Positions 12,002 to 25,441 of a stretch of DNA of 64,000 nucleotides are shown here, one piece after another. Position 1 is the first letter of the stretch; each line of letters opens with the position of its first letter. Position numbers and translations under genes: made by a program. The stretch is from Podarcis pityusensis (taxonomy: Eukaryota). The notes beneath the pieces were generated by a model, which had not been told where the DNA came from, made no database searches, and saw only the letters and a program-made list of their open reading frames with translations. The DNA is taken from the NCBI GenBank assembly GCA_964106645.2, contig OZ067042.1; one strand, given 5' to 3'.

Positions 12002-15000
12002 AAGCGGCAATAAAGTAAGACTCCTTAGGGCACGCAGAGTACATACACAATGCATAAAGAGGAAGAAGAAACATGGAAAGAGGCAGAGGTCTAAGCCTCA
12101 CCTGCAGCCCCACAGTCTGTAACAAGAATGCGTTCTCTTCCACTGGTGAGTTAATAAAGCACACAGAAAAATCATGGAGCTGTCACAAAAGTAATGGCAA
12201 AGATTCAATACAATTTCCATGGTAAAGTAGCCCTAAGTGTTGTAGGTGTGTCAAACGGGTAGGAAGCCACTGAACAGAACCTTTATTTTTATATACATTT
12301 TCAAATGTTACTCAGGTGAGGTATATAAATATTACCTAATGACACATTTTACCAACAATTCACAGCAGACACGCTCTTCTTCTAAAGTCACAGCATTTCC
12401 CAGGGCCCTGAAGGGAATGAGGCTCCAACTTAAGCCTTCAAATACCCAACTCATGATCACACACTGGTTTGGGTGATGTGCACAGTACCAGACCTGAGGG
12501 AAGGGGAATAGAGAGAATAGACCCCCCAACACACACATTTGGTTCATCATATGGGGAAGATGGGAGTCCCTTAGACACAGCAAGTAAAAATACCTGTGCA
12601 ACACAGAGTGAAGAATGAACTGACTATAAATCAACACAGGAAGTGCAGAACACACCTGCAGTCTTGTTGAGCGCTGTGCAACACACTGATAGAGGTTCAT
12701 TCAACTGGGCAGGAGGTTATCCTAAACTTCAAGAATGCCCTTGTGGAAAGGTTGCAAGTCTACCCCCCCCCCACCTCATTTAACAACTTCATCTGAGAAT
12801 TGAGGACTTTTACAATGGATATAGGCAGGGCTGAAGCTTTTCAGTTGGCAGAAGAAGGGTGCAAGCAAAGCAACAATTTTTCTGGAGCTACATTAGGAAG
12901 CTGCATTGCCATGTTTTCCATAGAAAGAAGAGAGGGGTGATGGGTGGGAATTCTGAATGGCCATGACAAACAACAAGAAACAAACCCTTAGGAACTTCCA
13001 CACAAGCCTAACTTTAAAAAATATGAGATAATCACAAAAGAGACATTGAAAATAAGACTAATACAACACAGGAGGGAGCAGAGAGCATAGAAATACTTAA
13101 TGGTCCAAAGTAATAAAATAAAATAAATTCAGGGAGGCAGAGAGAGTAAAAAATGGGGCCCTGGACTCTTCACAGCAGCTGGAAACATGGGAAGTGATGA
13201 ATGATTGGCTTAATCTAAAAAAAGGGGGAGGGTGAGCACAGGAAACATCAAACACACAACACAAGAGGGGTTAGATTACAAGAGTCAGCTATAAATGATG
13301 CTTGGAGGGCACCATCACTTCCTCCATGTATGCCGTTGGCATTTCTCCCATCCTATCCCCACCAAGAGCTCCCCTTAATTCAGTATCCCTGAGTCCACCT
13401 GCCCAGGTGAATAAGCATGCAGAGATGTTGAAGCAAAATATGTCTCTTTCTCTATGTGGCAAGGCCAGTGAAGAAGGGCAGTCTTCAATGAGATGTGCAC
13501 ACACATTTACACAAATATCCCCATAAGGACTTAAACATTAATTTGTCACTTGAAAACATTATTACTAAAAATTCTTATTGCTCACATGTACTGTCCCCAA
13601 AGATGCACGTGACAAAGCGGGCTGCCCAGAACTGTACTTTGACTCACTTCCGCAGAAAATGAGATTTTAGATAACCCATGTAATGCTTTTACTCGGTTTA
13701 GGCCCAGTTCTAAGTTACGTCATAAGCCAGGGCCTGGGCTGTTTGACTTCGGATTGCAGGCGGGAGCTCACATGATTGAACACTCTCTCATATGAAAACA
13801 TTCTCCCACATGCAAAAGCTAGCATATCGGGGAGGAGAGGCTAAAACAATTCGCCCCGATAGCTTGCTTTCTATGTGAAAGGGCTTTTAAATATGGAGTA
13901 TTCAATTATGTAAGTGTCATTAATATTTATTTGTCTATTCTGGGTATAGCCCAAATGCAACTTCAATGGGAACTAAGCCCTTGATTTTGCAGCATAAACT
14001 CCAGACCAGATGCCAGTCCTTGTCCCCCCCCTCCATGTCCAATTATTTTTGCAGTAGGAATCCCCCACCCACCCAAAAAACCATACTACCAGTACATTGC
14101 AAACCAACAGCACACCCAAGACTTATTAGCACAAAGTACAGGAAATAAATATTTTAAAACTATTTACAGTATTCTTCTAGTTTTTGTGACCACCCAGGAA
14201 GAAAAGGCAGCAATTACCCTGCACCTAGGAAAGCATTACAACCGCTAGCTGGATGCTATGTTAACACAGCACCTACTATATATATTTATATATAAACACA
14301 CATATACATATATGTATATATTCACAATGCATTTTAAAGTCACACACAAAAAGCAGATCCTTAAAAAACCTTTGATAAGCATTACAGTGTAAAAAGACCC
14401 ACTTAGGTAAAAGGTCACACACGGGTAACAAAACCCATTCAGACTCCACTCATTTCCACTATTTCTGTGAGAAACAATTCTTAGGGCGACACTTCAAGAG
14501 GGAAGGGTTTTTAAGAAGAGGTCAGAGTCTCCTCTACCTGCAAACCAGAGCTCCTGAGTTCATCTTAGACTAGATAGGGAATTTTTCAGCGACTTAGCTA
14601 AATGGGGGCGGTTTGGAAATACAAAAGAAACTAACTGAGAACAGGAGAGCAAGAAGAAGGCTTAGGGAAGAACATACAAGTGTCTTTTCATTGAGATTAT
14701 CTGTGCCAGGAACACGCCGCATGGAGATTATCTCTGTGCAGGAAAATAGCATGCATGAAATGGCCCAAGGCGGTTTAACCCCTTGAAACAAGCTATGATC
14801 ACATATGGGACCTTTCAGGAACACGGGGACCTCGCCCAGACAGCTCAATTCCATGAAATTCAAGAGCTAGGCAGACCTAGATCAGGTGTGCATGTAGCAG
14901 GGAAGGGAGCAATGCCAGATGAAGTCCAAGCAAGGACAGAGGTGGGGTGTGTGAAAGACTAGGGAGGCACTGGTTTGTAGGCCATTGCATAGCATCATCA

Positions 15001-18000
15001 AATATCTCTTATCTGCATATTTGTTTCTATTTGGTGGGCATGTGGGAACTGAGTGAAGAGAGTTATATTTATAGCAACATTTCCAGAGGCACTCACAGAT
15101 TTAATGAAGTCCCTTTTCAATTTGTGGAGGAATTCAACGTAGCACTAAGGAGATTATTCTGTCAACACAAGCATTTCAGTTTTCCAGAAGGAACAATCGC
15201 CCTTCTCCCTCCTCCGCTTGCTGTCAATTACCCTGACACACAGCCCCGAGCCAATTTGGGAGGCAGGGAGGAGAGGGGCTAAAAGCTCTGTTGCACTCAC
15301 AGAAGACCTTGTGCTGGCTCCTGCTAGTGGGACTCAATGGTTGAATCCAGCCCAATACTTTGCATTTCCCTTTGGCGCAAGTTAATTCCCCATTGCTCTG
15401 CTGTGCTTCCTGGTGATGAGGAAGAGTGGTACCAACACTGATTTCTGCAACAAAAAGAGAAGCGAGGTACTGGCTACCACCTTTAAAGAGGACAAAGGCA
15501 GAAGACTGTCTTATCAAAGCCTCTGCCAAGCTAGTGTCATCTAGATGTTTTGGCTAGGGCAGATAGGAGCTGCAGTCCAAAAAATTTGGTGGGCAGCAGG
15601 CTGGCAAAGGCTGCCTTATCACAGGAGGCTACAAATGGAACAAGGAAATGACTCTGGAGAGAAAAAGATCTTTTCAGCAGCTTCTGGTTTAGAAGATGAA
15701 TAGGAATAATTGGCCAGGATGTTGCAGCTCATAATAATAATAAAAAATGATTAGTGATAAGCCTCAGTAACAGTTTTGTGCAGCTTAAATATTCCCCAGA
15801 CATAGAATGGGAAAAGGGAGATATCATCATTATTCTTACTACTACAAAGCAAAATCCTAAGCATAGTGACAGTACTTATGTCGGGAGGAAAGAGCCATAA
15901 ATAGCATTCCTGCAGAAGCCACCCAGAAGCTATGACAGAGGAACTGTCCAGAGCTAAAGTTGCTACGAAAGTTTCTCTAAGCATTGTGTGCCCTGCACCA
16001 TCAATCCTTAATAATGTGCACAGAAGTTGGGGCTTTCCCTTAAATACAAGATAACAGCCTTCATTGAAAATTACTGAAAGTAGTAATACTCTCAACCACA
16101 GAGAAAGAAAAGCACTGCACACTTGACCAAGAAAAAGGCTGTTGGGAGAAAATGGAAGACAACTAATGGAAGATCTTTTTGTGAAGAACGTCTAGTTTGT
16201 CTCAACGAGAAGGGATGGCAAAGGGCCAGATTTAAGGAGATGAGATATAAAGAGATGAGCAACAGGGCAAGTTATGGGGAATTCTCCACCATACCATCAG
16301 GGGGAAGAGGGTCCCTTTTCAAACACAGTGTGTGCTACAGGAGAGGCTAGGATTCATGATGGTCCATTGCATCTGATGGAAAGAAAACAGTACAGAGGCT
16401 GGTTTTATCCAATAAGCAAAGCCATCCACGCTCTTCTAGGAATGCCCAGGTAGCATGGAAACAGGAAGGCGCAAACCATCCCAGTTTGACTATACTTGTG
16501 AACAGGGGTTTTGTGACAGTACTCACAGGTATCATCACCTCTTTTTTTGCTGCCCATGGCAGCCATCTTGTGCTGACACCTACCCCACTTTTATCAAGAC
16601 ATGATACTTCATTTTTAACCCCCACAAAAAGCACTGCCTTTAGACCGTTTTGGCAATGGGGCCCAAGATGCTTAAGCAGTAGAACCTGCCAAGCACGTAG
16701 AGAGGAGCAGAAACAGAGTCACAGTTAGAGGAACGGAAAAGCCTTTCTTGTCACTATACTGAGTAAGGCTATTACAGTCGCAACCCCAGGCTTCTCCCCT
16801 TACTCTCGCAATTCTTTTGCTAGAGAGCAGTACCAGGTTAGACCAAGTTTATAACATCACCAGGCCATAGCAACTGCACTACTGCAGATAACCACTGATT
16901 CTGGAAAGAGCACCTATTTTTGCTGCAGAAACCAACAAAGCAAGATTGCATTTAACAGATGACACACACTCCTTGCAAAAAAAGAAAAGAAAAAGAAAGA
17001 CAAATGCTGCAGAAGTGGACGGATGGGAAACAGTGCGCAGGAATTAAACCCCTGCAAAGAGAAGAGCCCAACCCAAGAAGGCTGGTTTCCAAAGTTATAT
17101 CTACTGGAAGAATTAAGAGTCAAGTTCTCACTATCACAAAAGTGGGTTACAGGGCATCAAAGGGAGAGGAAATGGCCTCTTTGCAACTTACTTAGCGGAC
17201 AGCATATCAACCTGGCATGTTGGTGACATAGTGTCACTTGCATGACATAAGGACTGGTGCACAGAGCACAGTCTGAAGAATGCCTCCCAACCAGAAGGTA
17301 GCTTTGCTTCAATATAAATCATACTAAACTATCACCATCAGAATTTATTTTAAAAACAACAACTCTAAATTGCTTTAAACTACTTGGCTCACTTCTCTCC
17401 CCCCCCCCCCCAAGCTTACACTAGTCTATTGGCTACATGGCAAAGGCTTGCCTTGCCTTGCCAGAAGCCACTGGTGCTAGAACCTGGGATAAATCAACCA
17501 CTGGACCAAACTCTCTCCAGACCTCACCAAAACACTGCAAGGCCTGGTCACTGTATTCCAATTTCTCATCGGCAACCTTGCAGAAAAGGTGGGAGGGGAG
17601 GGGCAACTGTGAAGCTCTCAAATGCTACACAGGGCTTATAAAGGGATTCTCTTAAGTTACAGACCACAAAAGAAATGGGAAAGCAGAAAGGTGTAGAAAT
17701 ATTTTATTAGCAGTGTCGGGATCAGAATCAGTAGCCAAAAGTACCACAAGGTGCTCAGCCACCCAGCAGAGTGTTAGGAAGCAGCCCTGGGTTGAGGGAG
17801 CAGGAAGATTTTACACCTTTCTGGATGGAGGCATTTGAAGTTGGAGAAACGTAGAGGTGAAAAACCTGACATACTCACCCTTTCCTCTCACTCACACATA
17901 CATGCTCACGCACCACACTTCCTTAAATACCTTTTAATACTCCTGGTGGAATGTCTAGCACATTTTATATGTGCAGTTCAAATAGCAATCAGACAAATAC

Positions 18001-20160
18001 GTATCAATCTTTACAGAGAATGCTAGGCCTGACTTAATGCTTACAACAATTCATTTTATACAGCATGATTTACATCAAAAGACAGAAGTTAAAAATCAAT
18101 GATTCAAAAGTATTCATACAAAAAAAGTCCACCCTGATGTGTCTTATAGCTTTAGTGCACCCTCTCAAGACACAGACTTGGGTAAGCAGGTGAGCAGGAG
18201 GGCTTGGCAGTTCCAGGCGCTGCCTCCCAAATCTCTTTGATCAATGGAACAAATTATACAGCTAGTTATTTGTGTTCTGCCTGCAGTAATGAGCTTTGGT
18301 ATAGGAGTGCCAATGCTAACGCACCCTCCCTCCTTTAAAAAACGAAATAAAACCAATTTCCTTGCACCTAAGCCTTGTTCTTGCTCCCTAAAGAGTTTGC
18401 CTTTCCTTTTATTCTACAAATCCCTCACCAACTGGAAAGACTGGTTCCAGCCAGTTAATATAATAATGTGTAAAGATGTGTTTGAGTACGTCGATCTCAG
18501 ATGGTATCCATGGAAAGCTATTCTGAAAGGTCAAGCCATTTGAAGGCCTTCGCGGGAAGCTCCTGGGTGCCACGCACAGCAAGCGAGAGGAAGTTTGCAC
18601 ATGTTTCTAAGCAAATACCTCTGCCTTTGTTGTGATTTAAAGGAAAACTATGGAAATAAATAAAAGGCTGCTTTTCTCTCCAAGCCCAGAGTAGCAGCAA
18701 CCACTGTCTGTCACCCAGCAGATGGGTAGCACAAAGTACAAGGGGCAGGGAGTTTCCTCTGAGAAAAAGGCTGCTTCCAAATGCTGTCAGATCCAAAACA
18801 AATGTTTGCACTGAGAAGGGGACTGTTTGCCTTTCTAATAGGTGTTCGTAGAAATACCTTGTCTGAAGACAGATACTTCTTGACCTTTACATAATGCATT
18901 GATTAAACTTGCAAGGTGAGGCCTTGCAAGGGAGAGAGAAGCTTGCTTACTCTCAAGCTGGAACCAAACCACACTTGCAAAAGCACCAGATATTTCTAGT
19001 TGCTTCCTTGTTTGCAGCCAGCATTGCCTCCTTCTTATTTTAATAACAATAATTTTTAAAATCTTTTTGACATACGGCAAACAGGGAAAGTTGAAAAAGG
19101 AACTTGCAGCAACTGCATAGAAATCATATAAGTTTACAGCAGAGAAGAACCTCTGACTACGGGCGCTTTCCAACATTACTTTTTACAGACTCACAAGATG
19201 GATGCAAGCTTCACTTTGGAATGGTTTTTTGTCCGTCTATTTCACTGCTAAGATGTGCTTTCAAGTACCCATATTTCAGGGGTGTTCAGGCCTCACAGTA
19301 AAATGGACAGGAATACCACCATTCTGAAATGCATCCAGGCTTCATTTGAGGACACAGGCCCGAAGGCGCCCGCCTGTAAACAACCATGTCAGAAGTGGCA
19401 GGCAGTGTGCATGTACTTAATAGGGAAGGGCTCTCTATCCAAACAAGCGGTCCAGTTCCTTTCTTGGCTAAGTACAAAGTTGGCCGAGCATGGCTGCCAA
19501 TCACTGATGCTTTGGAATCAGCATCTTTTTGACACGAGAGCAAGGCTACATTACAGCCAAGCCCCAGTTACACAAGATAGTCCAACTGTTCATACCTTAA
19601 CAACAACACACACCATTCTGACTGACTGACTGACAGGATTAAAGGATGCAAATGCTTTGGGTTTTGGCTTTATAATGCCCTGCTTGGTTTAAACAGTGCC
19701 AGGATGCTACAATGCACAAAAGGAAGAAAATGCTCCTGTGTGAACCCCAGCAGGTGGGCTGCCAAGGTCTATGGGATGTGCATGAAAGCTGGTTCTCTTT
19801 CCATTACAGTTCAAGTGCTTGTGCATTAACTATAAACTGCCAGCCTTTAAATCACACAGATTAATTTATTCAGTTCCTAAAAGGATAAATAAGGCACTGT
19901 ACTTCGAACTGAAACTGCCAAACTCCTAGTTCCACTCAAGGAGCTTTCAGAAGCAGCAACTTTCCTTCTCAAGGGCAGAGAATAATAGCTTCTCCTTCTG
20001 GCTGCAACACAGCTAGGGGGCTCCTCGTCATCTGAGAGCGGGGGGTTGGCCTTCGGCTAAACACTTGCCACCCTCCCCACAATGTTCAGAAGTGGATCTG
20101 TTTAATGTATTAGGAAGTATTTCCGTGACCCACCTCCTACCCACCCCCAACCCCAGCCGG

Positions 20161-23100
20161 TTACTTTGCATCCAGACATCTGCGTTTGCTGGGTGAAGAG
20201 TCTTTGCTTGCCCTCAGCTTCCTCTTGCCCTGGGCTCTGCTGCTCTCCTGAATTCGCTTCATTGACCTAGTCAAGGCTTTGCCACTGCTTGCCTTTTGGG
20301 CAGCCACTTTGGGAGGTCGGCTGCTGGAGTCTTGCACCGCTTTCTGCTTGGGAGGCTTAGCAAGCCCTTCTTGCCTGAAAGGCAGACTTGCCTTTTGACC
20401 GGCCTTGGCTTTCCCCTTCTGGACGGAGGGCTTCCTTTTCCCAGGTCGCAAGTCATTCAGCTTCTTTGCCTTCTCGTTCCCAGACACAGGCTTATGACTC
20501 TTGTCGGCAGCCGCCTGCTTCCTGGTAGCAGGAGGCCCTGCAGGCTTCGGTTTACTGGCTTTCTTAAGAGGAAGCCTTTCTTTGCTCGAGGTGCTCAACA
20601 GCCTCTGTGACCTGCTGCTCTCGGTCGGCGACTTCTTCCTGGTTTGCTGAAGGTGGCCTTTGGATGAGGTGTCCTCCTGTACCTTGCCTTTCGCCTTTCG
20701 CCCCTTCCCTCCTCTTTCAACCAGGCTTGTCTTAGTCGCAAGTGGGGGGGCTTGGACCTGCTGGGCCAGTTTCGGAGACACCAGGGGCTTAATGCACAGG
20801 CTCTTCCCGCTCGGCTTGCTTTCAGCAGAGGGGTGCTTGGTCACGCCGTCGTTCTTGTCCTGCTTGGCCACCTTGCGTATGGCATTGAGTTTGCCTCGCA
20901 AGTTGGAGTACTTCCTCAGGATGCGAGAGCTAGTTTGCACAGGCGTGCTGGGAGGCTGGGTGCTCTTGGCTTCGGCTTTGTGTTCCACACTTACTTCGGA
21001 GGGAGGAGTCTGCTTCGAACTGGCAGCCTGCTCGGGCTCTTTGTCCTCAGAGCCATCTCGAAGCTTAGCCCACAGCCTCTGAATCTTGATGGTGTTTTTG
21101 GCCGGGGTCATAGCAGCAAACTTCTTCAAGTGTTTCTTCAGGCGCTCAGCTTGAAGGGAGCTAGGGTAGCTGCCGGAATAACAGCCCTTCTGGAGTGGAA
21201 GCTTGATGAGGGGGATGTCCCCCGGGAGACGGGTGTTCATCTTCTTCACAATGACCAGAGACTTGGTTTCAGTGGTCTCCATAAACCACTTGCAGATGTT
21301 GGACATGTCAAACCCCTTCATGAACAGCATCTGAACCGGGGAGAGCTTCTGGCCTTCCGTGGGCCCTTTTAATTTGCGGGTCCTCTTCTTGCTTTTCCAG
21401 ATCTCTTTCAGTTTGTCGGATTTATTCTTGACCTTTGGAGCTGGCTGAGCCTCTTTCTCCAGCTGAATCCACCCTTTCTGGACCTTCATGTACTGAGTGT
21501 TAAAGTTAGTGATGAGTTCTTGGTTCTCTTCCTCAGCACACCATTCCACAAAACTGGGCTTGTTGTCAGAGAGCACTTCCATGCTACTGAAGCCAACGGT
21601 GTCTTCACTCTGTGCATTTTCTTGGTCTGTGTCATTACAGCCTGCTTGTATAGTCACAGCATTAGAATCTCCTTGTACGGTTTCTTTTCCAGAAGTGTTT
21701 TTGGAGGCAGTGGCCACAGGGGTTGGGGCAGGGGTGTGCCTCAGGTTGTAGAACTGGAGAGCTGGCTTCTTAGATTTTACTGATCTCTCTGGTGGCACAA
21801 GCTTGCTTTCACTCCTGCTAACAGAACTGGGCCCATGCTGGGTGTGCAAATCCTCTGTAACCTCCATCATACTGTCAAAGTTATCTGGAGTGCCTGATGT
21901 CAAATCTGACTGCTTTTCACCCTTATCAGAGGTCTCTGCTGGGACGTGAACACTTCTCCTATCAGAATCACCCTCTAAGCAAATTTCAAGCATTGCCCCT
22001 GCCTTGTCCTTGTTTCCTTCTCCATTCTGGTCTTCCTCTACTATGGTCTTTTTCGCTAACTGTGTCTGAGAGGCCTGTCCCATTGTGATGTCATTTCTGT
22101 CACCTGGCTGCTGCTCAGAAGAATTCCCCATGTTGTTTAGCAGTGTTTCCTGGAACCCATCATTTGGGAAACACAGCGATGCTGCCCCGTCAAGTTGCAC
22201 CTCCCTCTTGAAACGCTTAGCACCAGGGCTTTTAGAAAGCTTGATCTGAACTTGAGGAGGCTGTAGAGACATGGAAGAAGTTGATTGCTCAGGACTATCC
22301 TCTGCAGATGACAGGGATTGCTGGCTTCGAAGACAGCGATCGGATACAATCTGAGGTTTTTTCTCCCGCTTTCGTTTTTTGTCCGGGCTTGTTTTGGAAG
22401 AAGCTCCCTCCTTGTTGTCCACTTCTGATGTTTGGGGCACTGCTGGAGCTTCGCTATCAAGTTCCTTTCCATCATCCACCTTGCTTGTTTCACTTGTATC
22501 TTTTACTGTTCCCTCTCCCCAATCTTCATCATTATCCGCAACAGGCAACACAGTCTCACTTTCCCCAGAGTGGATTCCACCTGAGTCCAGAATCCCTTCA
22601 ATGCTATTTTGAGTATTAATACTTTCATGTGCATCTGCACCCTGCAAGCTGCCAGGGAGCTCTGCAGCATCCAAGTCAGAAAGTGGCTGTGAGAGCTCCG
22701 TATCTAACTTGCCAGTTCCCCCCACTGGAGATTCTATAGAAGGAGCCCCTGAAGGAGCCTCTAGGTCAATATGGGCAGGAGGCTCAGACACCACAATGCC
22801 AGGAGACACTGCCCTTGAACTGGCAACAGGTTCCCCTGGACACATATGCTCTGTGATAGGAGGGAGTTCACCAGGGAAGGCTATGGAAGGCTCCAGACGG
22901 ACAAGGGCAGGAGGTTCTGCCAGGTCTATAGGGGAAAGAAGTGGGGGTTCCACATCAGAAGGTAGTTCTACAAATGGTGGCAAGTGTTCAACAGGGGCAG
23001 GCTCCTCCAGTGGAGGCATCAAGTCCATTCCGGGGGAAAGGTCTTCAGGGGGCTGAAGGGCCATGCTGTCAGGAGGCACCTGGTCTGGAAGAATGGAAGG

Positions 23101-24853
23101 CTCAGGGATAGCCTCGGTCTCTGAGAACATGGCATTTTCCTCACCATTGGCAACCTCTGAAGCAGACAACACCACAGATTCTCCTTTGTTGACACTGTCT
23201 TCATTGGGACTGCTACTCTTACAAGAGTCTGTGCCATTGCCAGCCTTCTGCACAGTGTCCATGTCCATTTCGTCCTGTGGCTCCCCTTTGCTCAGTTGGC
23301 AGGGAGAGACAAGAGTGGTCTGCAGTGAAGAATTGGACAGGCTGCCTTTCTCTACACGCAAAACAAGGCTGGGTAGCGGGGAGAGAGCAATTGTGGATGC
23401 TTCAGCAGAACTGTCTTCTCTCTCCTTCACAAAACTTACCTCAGGAGCGGCCTTCTCAGCCGGACGTATCTCATCTCCCTCCTGAGTACTGTTGTTGGAG
23501 GCATCTCCTTGAGGGACGGCCACAGCAGGTCTTTTGTCACCATCACCACTCATGGCCTGGGCTGCTGCTAAGCAGCTATCACTCGGAAGAGAAGCTCCCT
23601 GGCTAGGGCTTGTCAGCACCTCAGGCCTTGATGCCAGTGTGTTCCCACTCTCCTGTACATGGGAAGTCTTGGCCAAGGTGCGAACTGTGGGAATCTCACA
23701 GCACTCACCGTTGTAGTAGTATCCACGAGTGCTCTTCCTTGCCGTCTTCCTAGAGGAGACCACCCTCTTGCTCTCAAAGTGGCACTCTGTAATTGGCTGG
23801 CTGATATAAACAACATCGCATTGGTTGTCATAGTCATTAATTCGCAACCCTGAAGGCCTTTTGCTCTTACGTGTGCTTTTGGTGGAGGATGAGTTACTCT
23901 TGGTCCTGGAGTGTCCATTGGTGGTTTTGTGGTGAACCACTGGCACAGGGCTATTGGATAGCCAGCCGTCCTTGGCATTCTCCACATGGGTCTTGTCAAC
24001 AGGTTGCATGTTATAGCTCCCCTTGCTTTTCCCTGAAGCCTGGAGGTGGTTCTCTGCCTTCAGTCTTGCTTCTTGGTCATTCATTTCAGTATCCGGGTGC
24101 AAAGAGGCTTTGGAGCTGCACTGCAAGGCATTCTCTTTGTCTGCTCTCCTAGGGGAGTTGGTGGTGAAGCCTGGCTCTCGTGTTTCCTCTGGGAAAGCTT
24201 TAAAAGGGTTCTTCTGGGAGCCCACCAGACCGTCTTCACTCATGTGTATGTTTGTTGCTTTCACAGCATTGTAGCCTCCCAGCAAAGCTCTATTTTGCAC
24301 CTGGTCTTTGTCATCCTCACCTTTCCTACCCCCCATCTCTTGGTCACTACCAAGGGCTTGGCCTTCCAGACTTTTAGCAGAGTGATGGGAATTGGAGGCA
24401 GTGAGGTATCCTTGAGAGGGACTGTCCCTGGGACTTGCAGAACTTGTTCTAATGCTAGGAAGCTCAGGGAAGTCTCTTCGGACAACTGGGCTGCAGTTTT
24501 CCCTTCTATCTGTAGATTTCAGATCCACAGCCTGCTTCAGGGCATGGCAAAGTTTGCGCAGAGAGCCATGAGACCCTGATTGCTCTGTGTCCAGGGAAGA
24601 AGGGAGCTTTGATTCAGAGCAAGAAGTTCCAAGCTCCTGGTTCTCAGTGCAATACTGGCTGCAGCCAGAGCTACAAGTGGACACATCCATGTTTTCTGCT
24701 CCAGGTAACTGCTGTCCCTCACAGCCTGTCTGTACTTCAGTGCAAATGTCGTTTAAGACACGGACGAAGTGCTTCTGATGGTACGTGCACAGTCTGACCA
24801 TAAATTTTTCCAATGGAGATTTCGGCTGGCCAAGACAATCTGCAGCGTCCTCA
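20161..24853 (-). CDS. LCOR: LCOR alternative terminal exon encoding the C10orf12/PALI1 region (PRC2-associated LCOR isoform 1; G9a-binding region and PIP domain)
   Basis: 4693-nt open exon; acceptor tctctctctag|T completes the phase-2 Gly codon from exon 51135-51228; conserved blocks SPLEKFMV, LRINDYDNQCDVVYISQPITECHFE, FVEWCAEEENQELI..QKGWIQLEKE, CKWFMETTETKSLV, SSLQAERLKKHLKKF and C-terminal KRRCLDAK; spliced product is 1674 aa from the ATG at 55638. Confidence 0.95.
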
Positions 24854-25190
24854 CTAGAGAGAGGGAGAGAGAAAGAATCAGTAAAGCTGGGTAGCAAATC
24901 ACTTTACACTGCAAATCTTCACAACTCTCTCTCTCCTTTCTGCTCCCCTACATTGCATACTCTACGAAGATGGCAGCTCCAATTGTCTACCTAAAATGAG
25001 CAGGCAACTAAAGCAAAAGCTCAAGATTATGTTTGTCATTTCTCCCTTTTCTCCTCATGGCTCACCTATAGCCTCAGTATATTAAACACTGAATAGTTAT
25101 TGGGACAAACCTTGCTTTATCCCTTCACATTTGTCCCTTAGAAAAATTGGTTCTAGGGGAAACCAATCTGAACTAGCTGGAAAACAACTA

Positions 25191-25441
25191 CAGTCATAAC
25201 TTGGCTTTCGAACGTCTTGTGAGTCGAAAGTTTTCGGCTCCCGAATGTCGCAAACCCAGAAGTGACTGTTCCAGTTTGCAAACTATTTTTGGAACCCGAA
25301 TGTTCGACAAGGCTTCCATGGCTTCTGATTGGCTGCAGGAGCTTCCTGCAGCCAATCAGAAGCCACACTTTGGTTTTCGAACGTTTTGGAAGTCGAACGA
25401 ACTTCCAGAAGAGATTCCGTTCGACTTCCAAGGTACGACTG
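25191..25441. mobile_element. Tc1/mariner (Tigger-like) MITE
   Basis: TA-flanked; TIRs cagtcataacttgg / ccaaggtacgactg; internal perfect 22-bp palindrome at 25319-25365. Confidence 0.85.

Noticed and set aside
24854-24897. Start of the 1578-aa ORF (MLPSFTDSFSLPLS) as a stand-alone gene
   Set aside because: This is the polypyrimidine tract of the acceptor at 24853; the start is non-ATG and intronic
20296-24994. Many + strand ORFs (up to 206 aa) overlapping the PALI1 exon
   Set aside because: Antisense shadows of a long GC-rich coding exon; no recognisable domains or independent splice structure
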